From: Octopus sinensis
Taxonomy: Eukaryota
DNA length: 64,000 nt
Assembly (NCBI RefSeq): GCF_006345805.1
Contig: NC_043008.1
Coordinates: 69,316,001-69,380,000, forward strand
Direction of reading: 5' to 3'
Shown here: positions 42,610 to 57,769 of the stretch, piece after piece
Position numbering within the stretch: the stretch's first letter is position 1
How the letters are laid out: every line of letters starts with the position of its first letter
Notes under the pieces: generated by a model
What the model saw: the letters and a program-made list of their open reading frames with translations, nothing else
What the model was told of the DNA's origin: nothing
Database searches by the model: none
Program-made: the position numbers and the translations under genes

Positions 42610-44190
42610 CCAGTACTCTGCTCCTGCCTTTAAGCATATAGTGTCTTTTTTACTTTTAGCATTTTAGGAAGTTTACCACTTGTAAGGAAACTCTGACAAA
42701 CTATCTGAAGTAGTTTCGCTTGAGCATGCTTACATAACTTCAGAAGAATAGCTGTTAATGGCCGCTGTTGCATCTGCCTCCTCAATGTAATCGACGATTG
42801 CCGCCTTCGTCTGCAGAGCTGTAATGTTATAGTATTCAGCCGCGTTGTTTTTTTATCTATTTTTTATGTTCTAATGGCGAAGTGAAGATACTTTAAATTG
42901 TTCACCGAGCGCAAAACTCATCTTTTCGAGTTCTGCGATCAGTGGTTCGGACTTTTGGAACAGCGGTCCTATTTTGTATTGTGCTGTAGCTGTTTACTTT
43001 GCTATTTTATAGAAAGTTTTAGGGTTTGTTCTTAAGCTTTCCAAAGCTGTTTTCTCTCTCTCTCTATCTCTATCTCTCTTTCCCTGTGCTCTTTCTTTTT
43101 CATAAGAGAATTTGTTTGAGTGTCCATCTTCATTTAGACTTTTAACAGACTTCATTGCCTACTCAGCCGGTTTGAGACCCTTCATAAGCTTCTCATAAGG
43201 ATTTTCCGATCTCGGAATTTTATTTATAGGTACACTGGTCTTTCATTCTGGGGTATATTTACTGGATATAGTCTGTATTGTCGACATAAATTGAATGAGT
43301 TTTTGGTGAATATCTTGTATAGACAGACTGCCGGATCAGTTTGGTTGGTAGATGTCTTTATATACTGACTTTCATTTTGCTTTCTTGAAATTCAAGTTGG
43401 CTTTGAGTCTTTCTTATTGGGTAGATACCTGCAGTTCCCCTAAGACCATGCTGCTAGTTCTACAATGTTGCGGTCTGAAAATGCAGTTTCTGAAGCCGGG
43501 ATCCAAGATGTTGTTACCCTTAGAAGCGTCAGGTAATGATTCTACATGCCTTTGATCAGGCAGTGACATTTTAGAGCTGATGAGGCCTTCAGGTCATTTA
43601 ACATTTGGGAAGTTGAAGTCTCATGCAGGAACAATATATTGATATGTAGGTTCAGGTTTGTCCACACCTCTCCTATTGTATCTAAGGCTATCCTCAAATT
43701 TAGCCTCATATTTCGAGGCATTTGGTGAACGATATGTTGTGCATATAATTACATCAATTTACTTTATATGCATTATTAAGGGGTCACAAACCGAGCCCGA
43801 CTGTGACAGCAGTGAGGTGTGACATCTTCACGGATGTACATAGTAAGTCCTCCACGGCCTCTTTCTCTTCTGAACGTACGAAATACAGCATACTCTGGTG
43901 TATGTATTTCGGCATATGTTATGTATGAGGTTAGATGCGTTTCTACAAGCGCCGTAAATATTGCTTGATCGCATGCAGCAAGGTCACTCAGATAGAGAAT
44001 TTTACCTCTGTTACTGATTTGTAATAGACCTCCAATATTTAATAGGAATATGGGTGCGATATGTGGGTAGGTGTTGGTGGTGTTAGTGGTGCATATTACT
44101 ATGCATTTGAAAGATTTAATAAATGCAACGTGTGCGAAAGATAGGGGAGTTACTAAGGGAACGAGGGAAGAAACTATTTCCAAAAAGAAC
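42610..44190 (-). pseudogene. CR1-group LINE ORF2 fragment (APE endonuclease to pre-RT)
   Basis: Minus strand reads LLNIGGL, FTALVETHL, RRERGRGGLTMYIRE, DVIICTTYRSPN, DFNFPNVK, EQFKVSS and ILLKLCKH..FLTSGKLP; many lesions. Confidence 0.85.
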
Positions 44191-45171
44191 ATTATAAAGG
44201 GGAAGTAAAAGAGAGAGAATGCGGAGTCTTATTAAGAAAATCTGGAGAAGAATCTATTCCCAAAAGGTACGTTATAAAAGTGAGTTGAGAGAGAAAGAAA
44301 AAGTGTTTATGAAGACGGGAGATAAAGGTATATTATAAAAGGTAGAAATAAAAAGCGGTGCCTGAAGAGAACAATATATAAGAAAAGTTAAGTGGGAGCT
44401 TAGAAAGTAAGGTATGATTATTTCAAAAGGACTTTAACAGTACTGTTTATAAAGGTTATTCAAAAGATAGTAGAGTTTTATTGTTTAAAAAGATAGTACA
44501 AAAGATTGTAGAGTGAACAACAGTGGGAAAGAGAAAGAGAAAGTTTGTAGCAAAAGGGTCAGAAGTTGTGATGTTTACGAAGACAGAAGAAAGGAAAAAG
44601 TTTTGGAGTTGTATGATAAATAGAACTGAAAAATTTAACTTTACAAATTTTCAGTGTGTGACTTACTTAGGATCTATTAAGAGTTAAAAGAAAATCACTT
44701 TTCCTTATTTTGAAACGAGAGGAAAGGAAAACACTTACGCTGAGACTAGTTTAAGAACCAGAGAAAATCGTTTTTACTTTTAAAGCACGTTGCCAGAGGA
44801 GAGTTTCGTTTTTACGATGTTAATGCATAAGGACACCGGACAAAACAGATTCAAGTTAAAAATATCCTAATGCAATAAACTTCTCTGGCGGAGAAATTTT
44901 TCTTAACACCGATTATCTGCAATGTATAAAGGGGACATACGAGAAACAGAGAAGTAGACGTGCTACTACGGTGCCGCCATATTTAAAATATATTTATCTA
45001 TGCCTTGTCCTTTTTTCCAATCACTGGACTGCGACCATCGTGGGGTACAGTTTTAAAGAGTTTTGATCTGGCCGGAGGTGTAGTAGATGACATTTGCTCA
45101 AGATGCAACGCAGTGAGAGTGAAACCGGAAACATGTGGTTGGGAAGCAAACTTCTTCCCACACAACAATGC

Positions 45172-45214
<43 letters not shown>

Positions 45215-45216
<2 letters not shown>

Positions 45217-45470
45217 ATTCCTGAAGAGAAAGCTGCAAAATGGACTCCTTATTCAATCGGAATTAGGGACTTTGCAGACTTCGAAACATATGTCGAAAAT
45301 AAAATAAAGGAATTTTGTTAAATCTTCGTTCAGCTCCATTCTTTCCTATACTTAATATATAAAACTTCAAATTTCCGCACTAAGGCACGGATTTTATGCC
45401 CCATGGTCGTAACTTCAACCGTGCCCTTTCTGTGTGAATTTTGCTACCCAGGTATCGGTTATCTTTCGAA
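45215..45470 (+). ncRNA. Solo Penelope terminal-repeat fragment with intact-core type I hammerhead
   Basis: CTGAAGA 45221-45227, stem II with CTGCAAA/TTTGCAG, GAAA 45283-45286, C-ATAT-GTC with predicted cleavage after 45294; downstream sequence is homologous to the 60.4-63.1 kb repeats. Confidence 0.75.
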
Positions 45471-45546
45471 TTATCCGTAATAAGATAATTCATTTATCTA
45501 CTTCAATAATATATATATGTATATATATATATAAATATATAGATAG

Positions 45547-45611
<65 letters not shown>

Positions 45612-46104
45612 TATATATATATATACATACATACATATATATATATATTTTTGTGTATGCATATGCATATATATATATATATATGTGCGTATATATTGTA
45701 TATATATATGTGTGGTGTGTGTTTGTGTATCTGTGTGTGTATGTATAAACACAGACATCACATATGCGCGCACTCAAACACACACATACGTATATATATG
45801 CATGCATATTTACACACGTATATGGCCTCTCAAGTTGCTTTTGGTTATTTTCAGCGTTTTGCAGGTGGCTGATCAAGGAAGCTAAAGAGAGATCTGCATC
45901 AAGATGCTCAAGCGCCTCTAGCGAAACTTTGCTGATGGTTTTATAAAATCTTTAAGAAGCAATTGAACACTAGTTTACCTCTAAATGTCAAATTGTCTCT
46001 CTATAGATACTTGGTACCTGTGTTTGTAAAAATAAGACTTTTGGAATCTGACAATAGCTATCTTGTATGCAAATGTTTGGAACAAGATTTTCAAAAATCT
46101 TCAA

Positions 46105-46485
46105 CAGGCGAGGCTGTGTGGTAAGATATTTACTTCCCAGACACATGATTCCCGGTTTAGTCCCACTGTGTGATATCTTGGGCCAATGTCTTCTATACTC
46201 CCGGGCCGATCGAAACATTGTGAGTGGATTTGGTAGACGAACTGAGAAAAGCTCGTCGGATGAGTGTGTGTGTTTTTTTTGTGTTTTTGCATTTGTCTCC
46301 TGCAGTTGTTTGACAACCGTTGTCGGATTGTTTACGTCCTTGTAACTTGGTGGACAGAGGGGGCTGATAGAATAAGTATCAAGTTTCTAAAAACTAATAC
46401 TGGGGTCGATTCGTTCGCTAAAACCCTTCAAGTTTGTATCCCAGAATGGTCGCTGTCCAGTGACTGAAATAAATACGATAAAAAG
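46105..46485 (+). mobile_element. SINE family B
   Basis: Full head-body-tail. Confidence 0.85.
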
Positions 46486-46756
46486 ATATTTATGACGTCA
46501 TGTTGTTCCCGACATTACTCCAAAGAATCGGTATTTAAGGTGACGAATTCTTCCAAACAGTCACCGTTTTTAACTTTATCCATTTTTGTGAGGAACCACT
46601 TTTAAAATCTGTCCAGGTTGAAAGTAATGCCTGGGTTACTAGGATATCATAAACTGCATCCATTGATAAAATTTTCTCAAAACTAGAGATTTTTTGAGTG
46701 ACTTTTATAGAAAATATTCTCACTGTCTTGCAACAGTTGTTAACAGTTTGTAAATA

Positions 46757-47165
46757 CAGGTGCAGGCGTGCCTGTATGGTAAGCATATTGCTTCCCAAAC
46801 ACACGGTTCCATTATCAGTTTCACTGCATGCCGCTTTGGGCAAGTGTTTTAAACCATAGCCTTGGGTCGATCAAAACTTTGTGGGTGGATTTTGTAGATG
46901 GAAACTGAGAGAAACCCGTCGTGTGTATATATGTATATAACTATGCCTGTGTGTCTTTATTTCTGTATTTGTCCTTTACAATCGCTTAGCGACCGGTGTT
47001 GGTGTGTTTGCATCCCCGTAACGAAGCGGTTCTACAAAATTACCCGATAGAATAAGTGCTAAACTTAAAAATATGTCCTGAGGGCGATTTGTTTGACGAA
47101 AAGCCTTCAAGGTAGTACTCCAGCATGGCCGTAGTTAAATGACTGAACAAAATGAAAGATAAAAC
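46757..47165 (+). mobile_element. SINE family B
   Basis: Full head-body-tail. Confidence 0.85.
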
Positions 47166-48037
47166 TGTTTATATGCATCTGTAGATATAGTTATGTCAAG
47201 GTCATACGAAATATGCTTACAGTTCTGAAGTGTTCCCTGTTTGAGGGAATCCTCTGGGTTTGATAGAATTTCGTGACCTTGAAACGCATGTAATCTTCAT
47301 TGGCCTAGTTCTATATAAATGTCTTCCTTTGCTTTAGACTTTTCGTATAACTACTTTTCGTAGAACAGCACACCTTTGTCTGACTGACAATGTTACTAGG
47401 ATTAAAAGAGAACTGGTTAGGTTTTAAAAGTAGAATTGTAACATTACTTACTGCTAGAAATGATTTTGTATCAATATTTGTGCCTATATAGTTTATTGAT
47501 TAAGTAATGTATTTTGTTAAATTACTAGAAGTTAATTTGCTGTTAGAAGTTGTCTGGTAATTGGTAACATATTAAGCTATTCAACATATATATCCCCTAA
47601 CTTGGTTAGAAAAATATATGTTCATAATGTTTTTTGAGATGATGGTATATCTATGAAGAATCCTTCTTATACGAGCCATCTTGACATTGAAGTGATCCAG
47701 GTTTTGATTTCAAAATTAAAAACCTCCCATAGATAACGGAAGGAAGCCTTTGGATTTTACTTTAATCAGTTAGCCACTACGGTTCATTCTTTGATCGTTC
47801 TTCTTCAGAGGAGCGTACAGTGAGGCTTCAATGAGTTATATTTTAATCATTATTTTTCTAGCTGTATTCGCGTGAAAGATAGCTTATTGAGGCCTTTTGT
47901 AATATTTAAACCTTTCATCACAAGGAATTCGCTTGTTTCTGTGAAAACAATGTTTATTATTATAGTTATTATTATTGTTACTATCATTATTGTTGTTGTT
48001 GTTGTTGTTGATTTTGTTTTTGATGTTGTTAAAGAAG

Positions 48038-48307
48038 GTGGCGAGCTGGCAGAATCGTTATCGCATCGGAAAAGGTGCTTAGCGACACTTCTTCCGTTTT
48101 TACGTTCTGAGATCAAATGCCATCAGGGTTGACTTTGTCTTTCATCATCTGTGTGTCAATAAAATAAATACCAGTTGAACAGTGAGGCCGATATAATCGT
48201 CATACCACCTTCCCCGAAACTGCTGGTTTTCAGCCAAAACTTGAAACCATCATTATCATTGTTGTATAATGACGATAATATCATTATTATTATTATTATT
48301 ATTATTA

Positions 48308-48338
<31 letters not shown>

Positions 48339-48360
48339 TATTATTATTATATTATTATTA

Positions 48361-48433
<73 letters not shown>

Positions 48434-49549
48434 AGGCGAGGAGCTGGCAGAATGGTTAGAATGCTGAGCGGTATTTCGTCCGTCTTTAGGTTCTGAGTTC
48501 AAATCCGCTAAAGTTGATTTTGGCCTTCAACCTATCGATAAGTTAAGTACCAATTAAATACTGGGAGGGTCGATATAATCGACTCACCCCTGTCCCGAAA
48601 TTTCAGGCATTTTGCCTATAGTATAAAGGATTATTATTATCATAGAAAGTGAGGAACTGGCCGCATCGTTAAGCACGCTAACAAAATTCCTACCGGCATT
48701 TTTTCCAGCTTTTTATGCTCTGAGTTCAAATTTCGCTGAGGTCGATTTTCATCCTTTTGGGATCGATAAAACAAGAACCAATTGGGCACTGGGCTCGATG
48801 TAATCGACCGGCCTCTCCCCCAAATTTTCTTGGCCTTGTGCCAAAAATTGAAATCGTTATTGTTGTTGTTGATGCTGTTGTTGTTAGAGAAGTTGATTAG
48901 CTACCAGAATCGTTAGCACGCCGGGCGAAATGCTTAGCGGTATTTCGTCTGCCGTTACGTTCTGAGTTCAAATTCCGCCGAGGTCGACTTTCCCTTTCAT
49001 CCTTTCAGGATCGATAAATTAAGTACCAATTACGCACTGAGGTCGATGTAATCGACTTAATCCGTTTGTCTGTCCTTGTTTGTCCTCTCCGTATTTAGTC
49101 CCTTGTGGGTAGTAAAGAAATAGGTATTTCGTCTGTCTTTATGTTCCAAATTCAAATTACGCGGAAGACCATTTTGCTTTTCATCGTTTCGAGAGCGATA
49201 AAATAAGTACCAGTTGATCACTGGGGTCGGTGTAATCGACTTATCCTCTCTCCCAAACATGCTGGTCTTATGCCATTATCATTATTACCATTGTTGTTGT
49301 TGTAGCTGTTGCTCTTCTTCTTCTTCTTCTTCTTCTTCTTCTTCTTCTTCTTCTTCTTCTTCTTCTTCTTCTTCTTTTCATTATTATTCTTTTCATTATT
49401 ATTATTTATTGTCTTTGCACAGTATCTAACGATGTACTACGGTGTCAGCTATTCACTGTTACCAGTGAACTAAGGTAACATCCTTTATTTTTCGAGTACC
49501 ATCCGGCGTACTTGAGCGGTTCCAAGCTGTGCTGTTTTTGCAAGTGCTC

Positions 49550-49609
<60 letters not shown>

Positions 49610-49643
49610 CATCATTATCATCATCATCATCATCATCATCATC

Positions 49644-49696
<53 letters not shown>

Positions 49697-50105
49697 TATT
49701 GTTGTTATTGTTGTTATTGTTATTACTATTATCATCATTATTATTATTTCAACTTCCATCGTTTTCGGTTCGATAATATATGTACCGGTTGAGCACTGGG
49801 CAGCAATATAATCGACTGCACCCTCCTCAACAATTGCAGGCCTTGTGTCTATACTAGAAAAGATATTGTTGTTGTTAGTGTTACAATTCACGTTAGTGTT
49901 ATAATAAAAACGTCGAACTGACAGAATCGTTGGCAAACCGCTCAAAATACATAGCGGCATTTTGTCCGTCTGCACGTACTGACTTGAAATTCCACACGGT
50001 CGAATTTATTCCTTTCGGGGGGCGATAAAATGAGTACCAGTTGAACAGTGATACTTATTTTATCGATCCTGAAATTACTGGCCTTGTGCCAAAATTTGAA
50101 ACCAT
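48038..50105 (+). mobile_element. Cluster of seven same-strand family A SINE copies or fragments separated by (TAT)n/(TGT)n
   Basis: About 48038-48248, 48435-48631, 48648-48858, 48895-49125, 49125-49275, 49750-49866 and 49910-50105. Confidence 0.85.
49395..49551 (-). mobile_element. 3' end of RLE-type (R4/Dong-like) non-LTR retrotransposon
   Basis: Minus strand reads EHLQK(fs)TAQLGTAQVRRMVLEK*, and the 3' UTR matches 2600-2680. Confidence 0.65.
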
Positions 50106-50544
50106 TATTATTATAGGCACTTCATCGCTACCATATGTGTGCGACATGGTGATCTCATATCAAGATAAACAGCGCATGACCTTGCAGGTGGGGCTCAGAA
50201 TTTTCTTCAGGATGAGTAGCCCATTCCGCTCAAAAGGTCGCTGGATAAGACTCGTTTAAGGATGTTGAACAAAACACCCGTGTTTCCAGAGGTGTTTTAT
50301 TCAAATCACAAAGAATTCCTGGAATAATGGCTATGATGCTCCCCCACTACTTCTGCTCGTGATCAGAAATACACATATCGTCAGCCACCAAGTTACATGC
50401 TCAATTGGTTAAGGTCAAACAACTGACAAGCAAATCTGTGGTATTAAGCAGAATATTTTCTGTAGCCCATCTTTTATACCAAGATAAAACAATGTACATG
50501 ACAACACTTCCAATCAGTTAAGATCAGAAGCCATGAGAACCATT

Positions 50545-50912
<368 letters not shown>

Positions 50913-51689
50913 ATTTGCACGCAAGGACCTTAGAATTAATACTTTTTAATAAAGTTTTATTCAGAAATTCAGTGTTCTTCAAACTAAATAATCCAAAATG
51001 ATTCAACCAAAACCGTTCTGTTTATCTACTTTTCTCGACCGGGTTTCACTTTCCTCGCTGTCAGTTCTGTTGCGGTCACTTTCTCAAGAATGTTAATTAT
51101 ACCGTTTATGGTTTCTTGATGAGAAACGTATATTCTCTTGAGAGATCAATGATTTACAATCAGAGTAAGAAGGTCTTATTTCTGCTTTGTTGGTGTAATA
51201 TAAAGTCTAACGTATAATATTTGCTTCTATGTTACTTTAATAGTTTGTGTGTGAAGGGTTTTGGATAACGTTAATTATCTTCAACATTTCTTTCGTCTTC
51301 AAAAGTGAATTCCAAGGTGTAATATATCACGTAGAACATTTAATCCGCACGAAGTTCATTTCGCTCACAAAAATTACTGATGTAATCAATTTATCTTAGC
51401 GTATTTGTCTGAAACCCTTCAAAGCGGTTTCGATGCGAACCCCTGTCTCAAGATGGGAATGTGATTTGTAAATAGATGTTTTCCATTGTCATGTCACATG
51501 GAATAACGATAATATGCTCCTAACATCGAGATCTTCCCAACGATACAGACTCTCCGTCTTTCTTTTTGGACTTATGATCTTATGTACGTATTGTAAGGCT
51601 TTGTGTATGATCTTCTGCGTCTCCTACACCTGAAATTTGTACTACTGTGCCTGTTACTGTTCCTAGGATATAAATCTTTGTGCTTCATA

Positions 51690-52254
51690 TTGAGTTATCC
51701 GGAAAGTTCGTGCCGATTTTTAAAGGAAAGAAAATGGTCAAAAAATACTTGCCATTACATTTTTAATCAACCAAATATGAACCATTTTGTTGCACAAGGC
51801 GTCTCCATCTTTCCTTTAACTTGACAATACTCTTTTCCCAGAATTGAGGTGGTCTCATGGCAAAGAATTCATCAAGGTATCTCTTTACGTCATCCAATGA
51901 ATTGAAATTTTTACCATTAAGACTATTCTGCAGAGACCTGAATAAGTGAAAATCCGAAGGAGCAATATCTGGTGAATATGGAGGGTGGTGTAACACATCC
52001 CAGCCGAGCTGCAACAATTTTTGTCTGGTTCCCTAAACATCAAGTGCCGAAAATGAACTTTCTTATCTTCCATTTTAAAGGGGTACATAATTAACACAGT
52101 TTATTGGAACATAAATCTTCTCCCACGACAAGATAGCTTAAACTGTGCTCTAAATGGAGGTGTAGTCAAATCCTATTTTATGGACTCAAACATGTTCTAA
52201 AATAAGTCGAAAATAAGCTACTATAACTCGGCACGAACTTTCCGGACAACCTCA
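51690..52254 (-). mobile_element. Internally deleted copy of the 26879-28117 mariner
   Basis: Same TIR family and the same C-terminal peptide HPPYSPDIAPSDFHLFRSLQN; the N-terminus MEDKKVHFRHLM is fused to it at about 52035. Confidence 0.95.
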
Positions 52255-53834
52255 TACATTTGGAAAATGCTCCTCTGCTTTTGATTCTTCTGGGATATGC
52301 TCCTTTGCAACTTGCCCTGTGAAATGTATCTCTCTCAATGCAGCTGGGATAATATGATATATGATGGATGGATCTGTTAAGACTCGAATTTTATTTCAGC
52401 ATTTCTCACTTCCCAAATGATTGCCATCTCTGTGATTCTCGTTGTCAATAGTAGTTTTGGCCTTCCATCCAAGACCTGTCAGATAATTTGTCAGTCTCGC
52501 CGCTGATCGGAAAAGTCTGCAGCATAGATGACACATGTAAGGTGAAAAGTCCACTGGATAGATCGCGTCCTTTTATGGATCCTTTTGATCTGCCATATGT
52601 CTTCGACTTGCAAACTTTCGCACTTACTTCACATGCTGAATCACCTGCACAAGAAGAAAGTAGATTGTAGACAGTTGGTTTTTATCATAGGACTTCAAGT
52701 AGTTAAGATATTCAGCCTTAGAAGAGGAACACGACTCTACGCTTCATACCGCCAGCGCTTTATATCCTCAACGAGGTTCTGGTAATACTGTGGCATGCTC
52801 CATAGATTTGCTGCAGACGCGATATCTCACCGACGTCGGCATCATCCAAATGTATCACACTCTCAAGCGGTGCTGAGCAGCAATAATTCTATCAAAGAAT
52901 GTTCGTGTCCTTTTCACAGACACTGTAGAAAGCGCTTTTCGCTTCCATTTATCAAGGAGTCACTACGTCAGACCCTGTGCAGCTTTAAAACTTCATCATA
53001 CAGCTATCATTTTGTTTATCTAGTCCTTAAAGATGTGTTCTTGGTTTTTCTCTCACATATGTCTGTCAACTCCATGATTAATACATTTCTTCTTTCCTCT
53101 CAAGTTTATCCAATCACTGCTTCACTATTCCTCCGCTATCCTTATAAGTCGAATACCATTCAGGTAGCGTAGGACAAAGTAGAATTTGTTACTAAACATA
53201 CCAAATATGGCCATCCTCGTGCGTCTCCCGATGACCTAAGTCAGTCATATTTCAAACCTCTCCTATCAAGTGCCAACTTCGTACTTCCTTCACAAGACAA
53301 TCAAATTTAAACTCAAACCCTTTAATTTTCTGAAACCAACTCGTTGTATAAGATCAAGGCGGTTCGCTCTTTATTGCAGTATAACCATTGGAGCACAAAT
53401 GATTTACACGTATTCACTTGCACAGGCACGTCAATTAAATGCAGTACTTAGACGGCGCACCAGCTTTCCCTTTTGTGTGTCCTACGTTGACCATTCTCAT
53501 TCTTCTTATAATGATAATATGACATAATACCAACTCTCTTTGCATTGTTATTTTAATATAGCAATAACTATATATACACACACGTACATATATATATATG
53601 TATATATATATATGTATATATATATGGTGTATATATATATACATATATATATACCACCCACATTGGTGTGTATATAATATATATAATATATATAATATAA
53701 TTTATATATATATATATAATATATATATATATATTATATGCACACTGTATACATACATATATATATATATATTGGTGTATGTATGTATATATATATATGT
53801 ATTGGTGTATGTATGTATATATATATATATATAT

Positions 53835-54005
53835 ACCAGTGTTGGTGTGTTTAGGTCAGCGAAATTTAACGTTTCAGCAAAAGAAAACGATAGAATAAGT
53901 ACTAGATTCCCAAAGAATAAGTCCTGGGGGCGATTTACTCGACTAAAGGCGGTGCTTCAACATGTCCGTAGTCAAATGACTGAAACAGGTAAAAGAAGAA
54001 AAGAA
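53835..54005 (+). mobile_element. SINE family B, 3' half
   Basis: CAAATGACTGAAACAGGTAAAAG tail. Confidence 0.8.
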
Positions 54006-54159
54006 TACATGTATATATAATATATATATATATATACATATATATATACATATATATATATAAATATATTTAATATCATATATACAGTACTATATATATA
54101 TATACATATATATACATATATATGCTCTATATTGTAATATCTATCTATATATATATATA

Positions 54160-54223
<64 letters not shown>

Positions 54224-54585
54224 ATATATATATATTATAATGTGTGTATATATATATACTGCAAACTAGCTTTCGGTTATAATGCCAGGCATAATTTGCA
54301 AGTGCCTACTTGTATTGAGGAAGCATAGGATCCAGCAGCAGAGGATATCCTATCCATCGATGAGGTTGGCTGTGTCAATCAAACCCCAATAGCCAATAGT
54401 GGCCGAATTCAAAACATCAAAGGCGACCATCACGAGCAGTAGCACTCCACCTCGATTCATTTACAGAATATGATCCAATATGGCTTCGTTTCTGCAGTTC
54501 TTTCCCTTGACAGCCGTGGGCATTAGCTTATTGTTTTCCACAGAAATATATATTAGTACATGCGAGAGTGGCTACGTATGTGCAT

Positions 54586-54636
<51 letters not shown>

Positions 54637-55345
54637 TATATATATACACATATATATATACATATATATATATATACATATATAAATGTATGTATATGTA
54701 TAAATATATTACATAATTACATATTCATATACATAAATATACACACATGCCACCTTACATGCGTATTAAGAGATGCATACATACACAGAAATGTATCGGC
54801 TATTATGTGCGCATATTTAATAGCGCAAATTTTATATACATACATAGATATATAAATTATATATAACATAGGTGTGTGTGAGTGCGTGTGTGTGTATATG
54901 TGCATGTCTATGCACATATTTCTCTGCATGCATGTGTTCAAACCAAGTTTCTTATGTCAGAATATTACGCATACAGACATACAAATGCATGCATATGCAT
55001 ACATAGACACACAAATACACACACACACACTGACTCCCGCACACATATGCGTAAGCACACACACATACACATATATATCTTTTTATGTATATATACACAC
55101 ACATATATGTTATATATATATATATATGCATAAATATATATGCATGAATATATATGTACACATACATACACACATATATATACATATATAAATTATATTT
55201 ATATGCAAATTATATATATATGTATAAATAAATATCCATATATAAATACATAAACATATATATGTGTATATACATGTATATATATTATATATCTATATAT
55301 ATATATATATATAATACACATATATATATACACACATATATATAC

Positions 55346-55398
<53 letters not shown>

Positions 55399-55699
55399 CC
55401 ACATGACACACATAAATGTATATCCATATGTAGTAACATATGTTGTACAGAGAAGATGCAATTAAGAAATACGTAAAATCTTTTATGACTGGTTATTAAT
55501 TAATGTGTAATAATAGATTTACCTAACAAATCTTAATAGCAGCAGGTGCTCGCTTAACAATTCATTACTGGTGAGATGAAGAAAACCATTTGATATCGAC
55601 TTGTACTCATGTTTACATACATAACGACACACTGGAAACCCACCTATACTCACTCATTCATATAGATATTTACTGCTACTCGGATATACGTACATACAT

Positions 55700-55749
<50 letters not shown>

Positions 55750-55758
55750 CATATATAT

Positions 55759-55791
<33 letters not shown>

Positions 55792-56096
55792 TTCAGTGAA
55801 GATGCAGTTGCTGCTGCTGATGATGATGATGGAGTCGGTGTTGGGGTTTGGCTGTAATAATTCTCGTTGCCTTCTATGTTCGTTGTGATGAATTGCGATC
55901 GATGGAGAAACACATAATTATACACACACACACAAACACACACACACACAAACACACGTACCACACACACGGACATACACACGTGTATATACACTCACAC
56001 ATGCATACTAACGAACACGCACGTACACACACACACATATATATATATACATATATTGAGATATATAGACGTTTGAGAGTGCGTATTCATACTGGA

Positions 56097-56175
<79 letters not shown>

Positions 56176-56312
56176 CATATATATGCGCATATGCACATAT
56201 ATATAATCATACACACTCACACACGTACATACATATATATATATATATATACAACACACATATACAACACACACAAATGAATTTTAGATACATATGTATG
56301 TACATAATCTAC

Positions 56313-56382
<70 letters not shown>

Positions 56383-57224
56383 TACTATATATATATATAT
56401 ATATATTCACACATACATATACTTATATATGCATATACGCTGGTATCACATGTGTATAAACAGTTTCTTTTCTTTTGGCTAATTGCAGTTTCCAAGCATT
56501 AGCAACAATACAAATGTCACCATAACAACACCACCACTACTCTTTATCTTCATATATTCCTTATGTTTTCTCTTATTTTGTTTCTTTCTTTAGTCTCATC
56601 TTTAATATGAGATTTATCTTCCTCCGCAACAACACACGCCAACAACACCCTCATAGCTGCGTTGATGACATCAACAGCAACAACAATGGCAATAATAACA
56701 GAGGCAGTAATCCATTTTTATCCAGAAGGTCCATATATACGTTACAAAAATTGCAAAGCATATCATATAAAAGTTTATAGACACCTGTTTACATATATAT
56801 TTATATTTATATATATGTATGTATAAGCAGGCATGTATAAATATGTATAAACGTTAAATGGAGGCATTATTTTAAAGAATGTTCAAGAACAACAAAGAAA
56901 CATTTACTGATAAGGAACTCAATGTTTAGAGTAGAGTCAATTTCACAATACGCCTCTTGATTGGGAGTTTAAGTATTACGTTACGGATGGTTTATTCGAC
57001 CAACTGAGTAAGCAGAATACGCTGTATATATATATATATATATATACATACTAATACATACACCAACCCTATACATACACATGTCCAGACCTCTCATACG
57101 CACTAATACTCTCTCATACACACACACACACACACACACACACCCTTATGTTGGAGTAGGTCATTCAACCCTATTATCTCCCCTAATTTCGCTCTCGCGT
57201 CTCGTGTTTCATCTTTGACTTCTG

Positions 57225-57450
57225 GCCGAAATCAAATCGCCATGTTGATTCGTTAGTTACTGCACGCATTTTTTCTCTCCTTCATTCTGTGTTTTTTTTT
57301 CTCTGTGTATCTTTCTGTTGAAGAGCGTAGGCTCGAAACGTTAAAGACTTGTTTTATTTATATTTCCTGAGCGCCATACTAATACAATTGTTTGTTTGTT
57401 TTCCACCTGCCTTCGTCTTTTGTCTATTTTCATAAAGCTTCCCGTTATAT
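57225..57450 (+). mobile_element. Short PLE-derived element with minimal hammerhead variant
   Basis: TCTTT-CTGTTGA-A-GAGC-GTAG-GCTC-GAAAC-GTT-AAAGA at 57310-57347. Confidence 0.65.
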
Positions 57451-57475
57451 ATATATATATATATTTGTTTATTTG

Positions 57476-57673
57476 TTTATCACCCACAGGGACTAAACAT
57501 AGGGGGGACAAACAAGGACAGACAAAGGGATTAAGTCGATAATATCGAACCCAGTGCGTAACTAATAGTTATTTAATCAACCCCGAAAGGAGTTTCAACT
57601 CAGAACGTAACGACAGACGAAATACTGCTAAGCAATTCGCCCGGCGTGCTAACGATTCTACCAGTTCGCCGCC
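57476..57673 (-). mobile_element. SINE family A (alternative 3' tail)
   Basis: Homologous to 58045-58253 and 48895-49125. Confidence 0.85.
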
Positions 57674-57769
57674 CTAATAGTTATATATATATATCTCTTA
57701 GGGGCTTAGTTCACTTGTGAGGGGTTTAGTTCACAAATATCTCAAGCCATTTAGAATAATTTAATTAGG

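Noticed and set aside
54544-54575. Possible 32-nt exon (TTTTCCACAG|...|GTATGT), plus similar cases near 26705 and 36535
   Set aside because: The donors are weak or merge into microsatellite; such matches are expected by chance
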